A stretch of DNA of 64,000 bases from Methanomassiliicoccaceae archaeon (GTDB lineage Archaea > Thermoplasmatota > Thermoplasmata > Methanomassiliicoccales > Methanomassiliicoccaceae), in assembly GCA_040776945.1 (NCBI GenBank), contig JAXGZN010000002.1:288001-352000 (forward strand). The letters are read 5' to 3'. The stretch's first letter is position 1. Each line of letters opens with the position of its first letter. Below are positions 20,531-30,265 of this stretch, piece after piece. The notes beneath the pieces were generated by a model. That model was given only the letters and a program-made list of their open reading frames with translations. It was not told the origin of the DNA and did not search any database. Made by a program: the position numbers and the translations under genes.

Positions 20531-21586
20531 TCAATCGTTCCTCACCACTGGGAAATCATCCAGCATCATCTGCCCGCTCTTTTTGATCGGGGTCACCACC
20601 TTCTGAAGGTTCTCAATTAAAATGTCCATCCTCTGATTCATGATCAGGTCATAGAACAGGTGGATCATTTCCTCGAACTTGTCCTCGTTGCCCAATCTCA
20701 AGGCGTTGATGTATCTATCTCTGTCCCTGCCAAGGAACAGCAACTTCGGGAACTTCTCACGCAACAGCAGGTAGTTGAACACCTCCCTGCCGACGCGTCC
20801 GTTCCCATCTGTGAACGGATGTATCATCTCGAACTTATAATGAAAGATGACGGCAGCCTCGAACGGATGCTTTGAATCCATCACTGAACCATAGTACTCG
20901 TCGATCAACTCCTTCAGCTCCATCTCGATCATGTCCGCGGGGGTCACTGAAAGGTCGCATCCGCCTATCCCAATGCCATCTATCCTCCGGAAGGTCCCTG
21001 CAGATTCGGTATCGATGTTGTTCATGATCATCGAATGCATGGTCTTGATGAAATCCAAGGTTACCTTGCCCTTGTATCTGTTCCGGTAGAGTAGCACATT
21101 CTTGAAGTTCTGGACCTCGTTGATCTCCCTCAGGGTCTTGGCATTTGGAGCTACTCCTTGCTCCAGGAGGCTGTGGGTCTCCGCCAGGGAGAGGGTGTTC
21201 CCCTCGATGGAAGTGGTTCCGTGCACATAACTGACCTCGAAGTTCTTCTCGTAGCTTTCGGCCTCGTTGACGGTCAGGAGGTCGGTGAACGAGCGATAGA
21301 TGAACCTCAGTTCCTCCAGGTTGATCACCTCCTCATTGGACAGATATGAGGAGCGAAAGCAATCTGCATTAAGCTGAGCTTTCTTCTTCGCCGCCTTCAT
21401 CTCCAGATCGAATGCGTAATCCCGGCGGAATGCGGCGAGCTCACGGGAGGTCGGAGGAGAACCGCTCCCTAGGTACTTCTTCACCTTGCTCTTCTTCTGG
21501 CCTACCTTCACGTCCTTGACCAGATAGAACTGGGGCTGGCCTCCTTGTGGATAGTTCACCTCGACCCTATAGGGCTTCCTTGCCAT
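20531..21586 (-). CDS. Fic family protein
   Basis: HPFTDGNGRVGR Fic motif; TTSIEGN inhibitory-type motif. Confidence 0.93.
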   Translation of the reverse strand: MARKPYRVEVNYPQGGQPQFYLVKDVKVGQKKSKVKKYLGSGSPPTSRELAAFRRDYAFDLEMKAAKKKAQLNADCFRSSYLSNEEVINLEELRFIYRSFTDLLTVNEAESYEKNFEVSYVHGTTSIEGNTLSLAETHSLLEQGVAPNAKTLREINEVQNFKNVLLYRNRYKGKVTLDFIKTMHSMIMNNIDTESAGTFRRIDGIGIGGCDLSVTPADMIEMELKELIDEYYGSVMDSKHPFEAAVIFHYKFEMIHPFTDGNGRVGREVFNYLLLREKFPKLLFLGRDRDRYINALRLGNEDKFEEMIHLFYDLIMNQRMDILIENLQKVVTPIKKSGQMMLDDFPVVRND

Positions 21587-21883
21587 CGAGGAGTTATTAC
21601 GGGATGGCCTAATTTAAAGTTATCTCAATTAGGTGGTCCCGTAAGAGGAGAAGCCCGGCGGACGCGCTCACTCTTCTTTCATCACCTTCTTCTAACTCTT
21701 CCCTTCTCGCGTCATGTTCACACCTAGCCATGCCTTGATTGCGTGGACGACCTGGCAACCTCGGTTATTAGACCGGGACGAGATGAAAAAGCGGTCCTGG
21801 GCCGAGATCGACGCTAAGACGGTTAATGAGCGCCGGCAAGGACGAGGCACAAGCGACAGGGCCATCTAGGCCCTGCATCCATA

Positions 21884-22177
21884 ATGGCGTTCATGGGCAT
21901 CATCTACGCGGTCTTCAACCACACCAAGAGGGAGTTCGTTCACCCTGACGGATTGCCGATCGATCGCAGCGATCCAGTGAGCTACCCGTTCTCGTCGTTC
22001 ATCACCAACTTGCTGGTTAACAGCTGGCGGCACGACCACGTGGTCATCTTCGATGACTCCGGGGACATATACTGTGATTGGACACTGTCGAAGAGCTACC
22101 AGGACCGCAGCAAGGAGCTGTGGAACGAGTTCGTGACGCTGTACGGCGCCCTGCATCCCGAGCTCCGGCCGGTGTGA
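21884..22177 (+). CDS. Hypothetical protein
   Basis: GC3-biased codons; 'MG..Y..FNHTKREFVHP' N-terminus. Confidence 0.6.
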   Translation: MAFMGIIYAVFNHTKREFVHPDGLPIDRSDPVSYPFSSFITNLLVNSWRHDHVVIFDDSGDIYCDWTLSKSYQDRSKELWNEFVTLYGALHPELRPV

Positions 22178-22293
22178 GCCGGTGGAGCATCGCTCCTCGT
22201 CCTCGGCCAGAGCGTTGGCGTTCGTCGGCCATCTTGCTGAGCTATGCTCTCGCATTTGGTCGCGCTGCAGCGTATGAAGAACGGTCAACGGGT

Positions 22294-22405
22294 TCGCAGC
22301 GGCGAGGTCAGTCCAGCGCGTACCCGAAGTACTCCTGGCGGACGTCGCAGCGGCGAGGTCAGTCCAGCGCGTACCCGAAGTACTCCTGGCGGACGTCGCA
22401 GCGGC
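22294..22405. repeat. Perfect 51-bp tandem duplication bounded by 10-bp TCGCAGCGGC microhomology
   Basis: TCGCAGCGGC at 22294, 22345 and 22396 with identical intervening sequence. Confidence 0.95.
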
Positions 22406-22658
22406 ACTTCTTGTTCCGGGGCTCGGAGCACTGCTTGATCCTTTGGACGATGGCGCTCCCCTCTGGCTGGGGTATAGGGCTGCGCAACGAGCCCTCGGCC
22501 TCCCCCAGGAACCGGTCGCGGAGGATCTCTACGGTGTAGAGATCGCACCATGGGCAACGATAGAAAGTCTCGATGTACTCGTCCCCCATGATGCTCCCGG
22601 CGATGGACACCACCGCCGGTCGATCGATATTTCTTCCGCAGTTCGAGCACCGGATCAA
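22359..22658 (-). CDS. Small Cys-rich (zinc-binding) conserved hypothetical protein
   Basis: CSNC, CPWC, C..P..KKCRC; 'SIAGSIMGDEY.ETFY.C'. Confidence 0.7.
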   Translation of the reverse strand: MIRCSNCGRNIDRPAVVSIAGSIMGDEYIETFYRCPWCDLYTVEILRDRFLGEAEGSLRSPIPQPEGSAIVQRIKQCSEPRNKKCRCDVRQEYFGYALD

Positions 22659-22895
22659 GTCGTTCCGCCCCTGAACTTAGATTCGAGCTTCACGCTCAAA
22701 TAATCGCCGTCCTCCGGCCGCTTCTTCCCAATTCTAGGAATCGACTGCACATCAATGAGCAGTGAGCAAGTATTCGAGTGGTTCCTCGAGCAATCATCCA
22801 GCGGAAATTGGCGAGCCTCGAGCAGATGATCCATGCAGCACTGCACCGAAACCACGTGGCGTGACGGCTCCCGGGCTAAATGGTGGAGCTCATCC

Positions 22896-23120
22896 TCAAC
22901 GTCGCTGGTCCTTGGTCTCCGGCGCCTTGTAGGCGACGATCGTGACGCTCAGGGACGCCTCGAGCTCCTGCAATTTGACGATCTGGGCGTCGCTGAGCTT
23001 GGCGTACTCGGCCGGCTGTTGGTACCACGCTAAGAGTATAACGCCCATTTCCCGCTCGAGCTTCCTCATCAAGCCCACGCTCTGCTCGTCGAGATCAATG
23101 TTCTTAGACGCTTCCGGCAT
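22896..23120 (-). CDS. Small protein with an internal duplication (74 aa)
   Basis: 'LDEQSVGLMRKLEREMGVILLAW' resembles 'LSDAQIVKLQELEASLSVTIVAY'; GGAGAGG RBS before ATG 23120. Confidence 0.7.
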   Translation of the reverse strand: MPEASKNIDLDEQSVGLMRKLEREMGVILLAWYQQPAEYAKLSDAQIVKLQELEASLSVTIVAYKAPETKDQRR

Positions 23121-23710
23121 TCTTCCTCTCCAGGTCGAAGAGTTCCGTCCGCGGTATTTGAAGCCTTCTCGAGGGTGGGGGGCTTGACGCGATCGTGATG
23201 TTCGAGCCTGGAGAGATATTTGTTCTATTCGATCGGATGGAGAGGAACGGAACAAGTCCCGAGCGCTCTGAGTTATTCTATCTTATAGGGACAACATTCG
23301 CATGCTGTGTGATTGGCATGTAGTGACCCAGTTCTCGATGGCCGGGCCGTTTCTCCCGTCTTTCGGAATTATTGTTCCTATTAGAGCATCTGAGGGCGTG
23401 AGACAATCACCTTTCTCTAAATGTTCGTTCACGTGTTATTGCTTGTGATAACCGAAGATTTTTTCGGCCACAACAATAGTTTTAGGTAATTATTTCGAAT
23501 GAGCTCTAAGCAACGACCTTCGTTCTATCCCTCGCATAATGGCAACGCTCATCATACACTCTCAATATCTTGTGAGCAGAGTCGTTGGATCATTCACGAT
23601 TTTGATTCTCATTTTTTGAATTACATCGGTTAATTTTTATGTAAGATATGCCTTTCCACGCTGGGGAAAGGTCGGGGTCGAATGATATCCGGCAGTAACC
23701 GGTGGGCATA

Positions 23711-24649
23711 ATGGAACATTCTAAGATATTGGTGACCGGCGGGGCCGGCTTCATCGGCACGAATCTAGTAAAGGAGCTCTCGGGACGCGGGCACGAGGTG
23801 TTCGCCGTTGACCTGCTCAACAACGAGCGTAAAAACTACTGTCGCTGCGATATTAGGAGCATCCGCCAGATTGAAAGGTTATTTGATAAGAGGAAGTTCG
23901 ATTATGTTTATCATCTCGCCGCAGAATATGGACGCTGGAACGGCGAGGATTATTACGAGAATTTGTGGGAGACGAATGTTATTGGAACGAAGAACATGCT
24001 CCGTATGCAGGAGCGGTACAAGTTCCGCATGATCTTCTATTCGTCCGCCGAGGTCTACGGCGATTACCGCGGCGTGATGTCCGAGGACGTGATGGAAAAG
24101 AATCCCATCGCCGACACCTACCAGATGAACGACTATGCAATCACCAAGTGGGCAGGGGAGCTCATGTGCTTGAACTCGGCCAAGATGTTCGATACCGAGA
24201 CCGTCCGCGTGCGGCCAGTGAACTGCTACGGTCCCGGAGAACACTACACTCCTTATCGCGGATTCATTCCAAAGTTCATCTACAGTGCATTACATGGACT
24301 CCCATATACAGTGTATCGGGGCCATAAGCGCATCATCGACTTTGTCGAGGACTCCTGCCGTACCTGGGCCAACATCGTTGACAAGTTCATTCCGGGCGAG
24401 GTGTACAATGTCGCCGGCCGTCCATAGTGGGAACGCTCCATCGAGGAATATTCAGACCTGATCCTCAAGGCAGTCGGTCGGGACGATTCACTTGTCACTT
24501 ACAAAGAAGCGGAGCCGTTCACTACCGAGGTAAAGACTGTAGACTGCTCGAAGGCTGTTAAAAATCTGAAGCATGCTCCCCGCGTCACTCCTGAGGAAGG
24601 GATCAAGCGGACGGTGGAGTGGATGAAGTGGTTCTACCGGGTGGAGTGA
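23711..24649 (+). CDS. NAD-dependent epimerase/dehydratase interrupted by in-frame TAG (24425-24427): pseudogene or amber read-through
   Basis: TGGAGFIG, YxxxK; frame continues 73 codons past the TAG to a normal C-terminus 'EEGIKRTVEW', ending 5 nt before the next ATG. Confidence 0.85.
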
Positions 24650-24654
24650 TCCAG

Positions 24655-25650
24655 ATGAACGACTTTTCCGACTTCAAGGGGAAGACCGTCCTTGTGACGG
24701 GCGGAGCGGGCTGCGTTGGCAGCAACCTCTGCAGGAGGCTCGCTGAGCTCGAAGCGAAGGAGGTCATAATCCTTGACGATCTCTCATCGGCGTACGAGTG
24801 GAATATCCCGAAAGCGAACAACATTTCCTTCGTTAAGGGCAGCATCCTGGACGAGGGAATGCTGAAGCGGGTTTTCAAAAAACGCCCTCAATATGTGTAC
24901 CATCTCGCAGCGCACTTCGCTAACCAGAATTCTGTAGATAATCCGGAGAAGGACCTGCTGGTCAACGGGCTAGGCATTCTTAAGGTGTTGGAGCACGCGC
25001 AACTCGTGGATGTCGACCGGTTCGTGTACTCCTCGTCCGGCTGCGGTGTCTATGGATTGGACTCGAAGATGCCGTTCGAGGAGCACGATATCTCGATCTC
25101 ACTGCACACCCCCTACCAGGTCACGAAGCTCCTCGGCGAGCTGTACACCAACTACTTCCACAACCTCTACGAGATGCCGGTGGTGAACGCCCGCTTCTTC
25201 AACGTGTTCGGGCCAGGAGAGGTTCCAGGATGGTACCGTAACGTCATCCCCAACTTCATATACTGGGCTATGAACGGGCAGCCTCTGCCGATTACCGGCG
25301 ACGGCTCGGAGACCCGGGACTGGACCTACGTGATGGATATCGTGAACGGCCTGCTGGCGATGGGCGTGAAGGACAAGGCCATCGGCCAAGCGATCAACCT
25401 GGGCTCGGGCAAGGAGCATAAAGTGGTCGATATGGCCCGCAAGGTCAACGAACTCGCCGGCAACAAGGCAGGGATCAAGTTCGTGGAGCGCCGGGACTGG
25501 GACGTCAAGAAGCGGCTGTGTAGCTCGATCGGCAGAGCTCAGGACGTGCTCGACTACCGGCCGGCCGTCTCCTTCGAGGACGGGTTGAAGAGCGTACACT
25601 CGTGGTTCAAGAGCAACTGGGTCGAGATCCAGCGCTCGGCGGAGTTCTGA
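24655..25650 (+). CDS. NAD-dependent epimerase/dehydratase
   Basis: TGGAGCVG, PYQVTK, RFFNVFGPGE, GDGSETRDW; ATG 24655. Confidence 0.92.
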   Translation: MNDFSDFKGKTVLVTGGAGCVGSNLCRRLAELEAKEVIILDDLSSAYEWNIPKANNISFVKGSILDEGMLKRVFKKRPQYVYHLAAHFANQNSVDNPEKDLLVNGLGILKVLEHAQLVDVDRFVYSSSGCGVYGLDSKMPFEEHDISISLHTPYQVTKLLGELYTNYFHNLYEMPVVNARFFNVFGPGEVPGWYRNVIPNFIYWAMNGQPLPITGDGSETRDWTYVMDIVNGLLAMGVKDKAIGQAINLGSGKEHKVVDMARKVNELAGNKAGIKFVERRDWDVKKRLCSSIGRAQDVLDYRPAVSFEDGLKSVHSWFKSNWVEIQRSAEF

Positions 25651-25654
25651 ACGC

Positions 25655-26848
25655 ATGCGCATCCTGGTCGTTCAGGAGTCGGACTGGATCGCCAAGGGGC
25701 CGCACCAAAGTCACCACCTGTTCGAGCGGCTGGCCCAGAAAGGCCACGAAATCCACGTCATCGACTACCCAATAGACTGGAGGAAGGCGCCGATCAAGAA
25801 GCCCCTGGTCATGATCAAGCAGGTCTTCACCAGCGTGCACAAGGTCGTCGGCAACGGTGTGACAGTGATTAGGCCGGGGATTGTCCAACTTCCGTTCTTC
25901 AGCTACGCCTCGCTCATCGTCACACACAGGTTGGAAATCATTAGGCAGATTAATGAATTCAAGCCGGACGTTATCGTCGGCTTCGGCCTCCTCAATGCAC
26001 GATTGGCCGCGACCCAGGCCCGCCACCATAACATACCATTCGTGTACTACGTGATCGACGAGCTCCACCGGTTGGTGCCGGAGCAGATGTTCCAGACTTT
26101 TGCCAGAGCGGTGGAGATGGACAATAACAAGAACGCCAGCAAGGTTATCTCCATCAACGAGGGCCTGAAAGACTATACGGTGCAGATGGGCGCAGCGCCT
26201 GAGAAGACTGAGGTCATCCGGGCCGGTGTAGACTTTAACCGCTTCTCGAAGGCCGATGGCTCGGCTATCAGGAAACGCTACGGTTTCACCGACGAGGATA
26301 CGGTGATGTTCTTCATGGGCTGGCTATATGATTTTTCAGGCCTGGACGAGGTCGCTATACAGATGGCTCAGAGCGAGAACAAGAATCTGAAGATGCTGGT
26401 TTTAGGAAAAGGTGAGCTCTGGGACAGCCTGCAGGATATCAAGGAAAAGTACAATCTGGGCGACCGCCTCATCCTCGAGGGCTGGAAGCCGTACGAGGAG
26501 GTTCCGTCATACCTCGCCGCGGTAGACATCTGCCTGCTGCCAGCGCAGAAGAACGAGATTATGCAGAACATCGTGCCTATCAAGCTGTACGAGTACATGG
26601 CCGCCGGGAAGCCGGTGATCTGCACCTCGCTACACGGCGTGATCACGGAGTTCGGGTACGATAATGGAATTCACTACATCGATAGACCGGAAGAAGTTAT
26701 ACCCCTGGCCACTACGCTCATTGACGGCTCGTCGATCGAGAGTGAAGGCCAGCTGGCCCAGCAGTTCGTGGCGGAGAACGATTGGAGCGTCATCACCTCT
26801 AGCTTTGAACTTACTTTGAACGAGCTTGTGCATAGCAACGAGTCTTAG
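25655..26848 (+). CDS. Glycosyltransferase family 4
   Basis: 'PIKLYEYMAAGKPVI' GT-B motif. Confidence 0.9.
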   Translation: MRILVVQESDWIAKGPHQSHHLFERLAQKGHEIHVIDYPIDWRKAPIKKPLVMIKQVFTSVHKVVGNGVTVIRPGIVQLPFFSYASLIVTHRLEIIRQINEFKPDVIVGFGLLNARLAATQARHHNIPFVYYVIDELHRLVPEQMFQTFARAVEMDNNKNASKVISINEGLKDYTVQMGAAPEKTEVIRAGVDFNRFSKADGSAIRKRYGFTDEDTVMFFMGWLYDFSGLDEVAIQMAQSENKNLKMLVLGKGELWDSLQDIKEKYNLGDRLILEGWKPYEEVPSYLAAVDICLLPAQKNEIMQNIVPIKLYEYMAAGKPVICTSLHGVITEFGYDNGIHYIDRPEEVIPLATTLIDGSSIESEGQLAQQFVAENDWSVITSSFELTLNELVHSNES

Positions 26849-26857
26849 GTGTAAATC

Positions 26858-27913
26858 ATGTCAGAAAAAATTAGAGTGGGAATAATTGGTTGTGGTTTAA
26901 TCTCAAGGTTGCGCCATGTGCCTACTTACAAGAAGCTTGCGGAAAAGGTTGAGATTGCCTCGGTCTGCGACCTCGATGAGAAGCTAGCGAGTAGCCTGGC
27001 GGAGGACTTCAGTATCCCGGCGTGGTACAAAGACGTCAACGAGATGCTGAGCAAGGAGAATCTCGATCTGGTCGACATCTGCGTGCCGCCGAAGGTTCAT
27101 TCGAGCGTGGCGCTGAGCGCGATCGAGAACGGTTGTCACACCTTCATCGAGAAGCCCATGGCCCTGACGACTGCTGAATGTCAGCAGATGGTCGACGCCG
27201 CCAAGCGTAAGAACGTGAAGATCGGCATCAACCACAACAACCTGTTCCACCCCGCGTTCATCAAGGCGAAGAAGGCGGTCGACGAGGGAAAGATCGGGGA
27301 CATCGCGGGCATGCGCATCTATCTGTCCACGCCACGCCACGACATGCTCGACCTTAAGGATCACTGGTACCACCGCCTGCCGGGCGGGATGATCGGGGAG
27401 ACCGGCCCGCACATCGTATACATGACCCAGGCCTTCATCCGCGACATAACCAACGTCGATATCATGGCTAAGAACCTCACGAACAAGCCGTGGGCACCCC
27501 ACGATGAGTTCCGCATCGAGATGGAGGGCTCCAACGGCCTGAGCTCCGTCGCGTTGTCGTACACCCGGGACGCCTGGGCGGCGACCATGGACCTGTTCGG
27601 CACCAAGGGTAGCCTCAACGTCGACCTCAACACCATGCTGGTCACCAACCACAGCCTGCGGGACATGAAGTACACCAGCATCGCCAAGACCTCGCTGGGG
27701 ACGATTCCTCAGATTCTCGGCGGTTTCACTGGCAATGTCATGGGGGTGGCGATGAAGAAGAACATGGTGGGGACCCAGGTCCACATCGAGTCGTTCATCC
27801 AGTCGATCAACAACGGCAGTGTACCGCCTATAACTGGCGAGATGGGCCTGGAGACGGTCCGGGTGATGGAGTCGATAGTAAACAAATATAGAAATAAATA
27901 CTCGAGTGGCTAG
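26858..27913 (+). CDS. Gfo/Idh/MocA family oxidoreductase
   Basis: GIIGCG, DLVDICVP..H, EKPMA. Confidence 0.92.
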   Translation: MSEKIRVGIIGCGLISRLRHVPTYKKLAEKVEIASVCDLDEKLASSLAEDFSIPAWYKDVNEMLSKENLDLVDICVPPKVHSSVALSAIENGCHTFIEKPMALTTAECQQMVDAAKRKNVKIGINHNNLFHPAFIKAKKAVDEGKIGDIAGMRIYLSTPRHDMLDLKDHWYHRLPGGMIGETGPHIVYMTQAFIRDITNVDIMAKNLTNKPWAPHDEFRIEMEGSNGLSSVALSYTRDAWAATMDLFGTKGSLNVDLNTMLVTNHSLRDMKYTSIAKTSLGTIPQILGGFTGNVMGVAMKKNMVGTQVHIESFIQSINNGSVPPITGEMGLETVRVMESIVNKYRNKYSSG

Positions 27914-27926
27914 GCGGGATTAGTTC

Positions 27927-29117
27927 TTGAACGTCTTGGCAATAGCGACAAACTTTCCGGATCCAATACATCGTACATGGGCACCTTGGAACAAGTCATC
28001 GATTGATGCTATCGCCTCCCAGGACAATGTTACAACAATCGTGCCAAGACCAATAGCCCCTCCAATGACAACATATTACACGATTCCGAGAGTAGAGATT
28101 ACTCAATTATATACTATACATTATATGAGATTCCCATATCTATTGCCAAAGAAATTATTTTATGGTTTGACAGGAGACTTATTCAAGTATTCAGTATCCA
28201 AATACATAGCAAAATCACTTACTGATAAAACAATAGAAAGGCCTGAGGTCATTCATTCGTTTCATCCATATCCAGATGGATATGGAATGACGGATATTTC
28301 CAAAGCCCTAAATGTACCCCATGTGATTACAGTGCATAGCCGCCGCAATGTTGAATATTGCACGGCAAAAGTAGTAAGGGCTCTTATAAGAGCATCCAAA
28401 ATTATTACAGTTTCGGAGTCTCTCGTACCTTTGATAAACTCCCTAGGGATACCCTTGGAAAATATCGCTCACGTGTCTCTTGGTGTAAACCCTAATGAAT
28501 TCAAGCCCATTGAACGGACGAAATCTAAGGTAGTAGTGCCAAAATATGGCATTGGCGATGAGCGTATAGTATTATTTGTCGGACAGCTCTTGCCAATAAA
28601 GAATATTAAGGCAATAATAGAATCCATCCCGTATGTGACGAATAGATTGAAAGGCAATAAAAGCAAGGTACGATTCATAATTGTTGGTGATGGTCCTGAA
28701 AGAATGAAAATGGAAGGTCTAGCGAGTAATCTTAAAGTAACGGAATATATAACCTTTACCGGTAGGATTCCGTTTGGGGATCTTGAGCTAAAGGAATGGT
28801 ATGGCATTTCCGATATCTTTGTATTGCCAAGCTTTTCGGAAGGCAAACCTGTAGCCATATTCGAGGCCATGAGTGGTGGTTGTGCAATCATATCTTCAAA
28901 TGTCGATGGGATACCAGAGCAAGTGAAAAACGGCGTGAACGGTTATCTCATTGATCCAACTACTCCAGGAGACTTTGCTAAGAAACTGCTTCTACTACTA
29001 TCAAAAGACGACGTATTAGAAAATATGAAGAAAGAAAGCCGTAGAATCTTGTTTGATTTAGGATACACATGGGATCACTATCAAAAGAGGGTAAGGTCTG
29101 TTTACGAACAATTCTAG
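27927..29117 (+). CDS. Glycosyltransferase family 4
   Basis: IVGDGPE, 'LPSFSEG.P.AIFEAM', GIPE.V.NG.NG. Confidence 0.9.
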   Translation: MNVLAIATNFPDPIHRTWAPWNKSSIDAIASQDNVTTIVPRPIAPPMTTYYTIPRVEITQLYTIHYMRFPYLLPKKLFYGLTGDLFKYSVSKYIAKSLTDKTIERPEVIHSFHPYPDGYGMTDISKALNVPHVITVHSRRNVEYCTAKVVRALIRASKIITVSESLVPLINSLGIPLENIAHVSLGVNPNEFKPIERTKSKVVVPKYGIGDERIVLFVGQLLPIKNIKAIIESIPYVTNRLKGNKSKVRFIIVGDGPERMKMEGLASNLKVTEYITFTGRIPFGDLELKEWYGISDIFVLPSFSEGKPVAIFEAMSGGCAIISSNVDGIPEQVKNGVNGYLIDPTTPGDFAKKLLLLLSKDDVLENMKKESRRILFDLGYTWDHYQKRVRSVYEQF

Positions 29118-29139
29118 CAAACTTGGATGGTATTGATAG

Positions 29140-30261
29140 ATGGATAGACCACTGAAACTAGTAATCGTGACGACACCATTAACCGAAATATCTGAAGGGT
29201 TTGCTAAAAACTTTATCAAAATTATTGCTCAAACAGGTTCTTCGATACGATTAATTAGTGGGATTAGGGATAAGAAATATTTTTGTAAATATGTAGAGAA
29301 ATATACTGATATTTCGTACTACGCTAGATCAAAATGGCAACGCCTTTCAGGATATATTGCTTCCCAACTAATTACATCAAAGAAGTGCTTGAGCGAGGAT
29401 GCCTCATTATACATCTTTTTTCTTTCACAGACACAGTTAATTCCTATCTTCTTGATTAAAATATTTAAAAGAAAAACTCCTACCGTTTTGTTCCCTGGAG
29501 GTTCAGTCCATCTATCCTACAAACAAAGGAACGTTGGACTTTCAATCTTTTTTAATATTATGGAGAGAATTGGGTATTGTATATCGGATAATATAATCTT
29601 GTATTCCAAAAGCCAGATGTGCAATTGGCGTTTGGATAGGTATAGCAAGAAAATAGCATTTGCTCGAGAACATTTTATAGACGCAAACGAGTTTAAGATT
29701 ATTAATAGTCTGTCAGAACGTGGAAATACAATAGGTTTCGTAGGTCGCCTTAGTTCTGAAAAGGGAATACTCTCGTTTGTTGAAGCAGCCAAAGCTTTGG
29801 TATCGGAGAGAAATGATATTCACATCATTATTGCAGGATCAGGAGAGATCGAGTCGCAAATTAGAAATCAAATTAAACCAGAATACTTGGGAAAATTTGA
29901 GTTCTGTGGGTGGGTACCTCGTTCTGAGATTCCCAAATTATTGAACAGAATAAGAATTCTAGTTATACCCTCATACACAGAAGGGCTTCCTAATGTTATG
30001 CTTGAGGCTATGGCGTGCGGAACATTAGTGATAGCTACCTCAGTGGGCACGATTCCGGATATTATCAAGGATGGGGAAACAGGGTTCATATTGAAAGACA
30101 ACTCGCCAAAAACGATTAAGGAAGGCATAAGTCGGGCTATTGAACACAAGAACCAATGCGCGATTGTAGAAAAATCTCTTAGCATAATTAACAACAATTT
30201 TTCATTCGATGAGTCGGTCCGCCTCTGGGTTGAAACGCTCGCATTGTTAAAGAGAGGGTGA
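29140..30261 (+). CDS. Glycosyltransferase family 4
   Basis: GRLSSEKG, 'PSYTEGLPNVMLEAMACG'. Confidence 0.92.
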   Translation: MDRPLKLVIVTTPLTEISEGFAKNFIKIIAQTGSSIRLISGIRDKKYFCKYVEKYTDISYYARSKWQRLSGYIASQLITSKKCLSEDASLYIFFLSQTQLIPIFLIKIFKRKTPTVLFPGGSVHLSYKQRNVGLSIFFNIMERIGYCISDNIILYSKSQMCNWRLDRYSKKIAFAREHFIDANEFKIINSLSERGNTIGFVGRLSSEKGILSFVEAAKALVSERNDIHIIIAGSGEIESQIRNQIKPEYLGKFEFCGWVPRSEIPKLLNRIRILVIPSYTEGLPNVMLEAMACGTLVIATSVGTIPDIIKDGETGFILKDNSPKTIKEGISRAIEHKNQCAIVEKSLSIINNNFSFDESVRLWVETLALLKRG

Positions 30262-30265
30262 TTTC

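Noticed and set aside
22294-22405. Possible CRISPR array
   Set aside because: The 'spacers' are identical; it is a tandem duplication, and no cas genes are present
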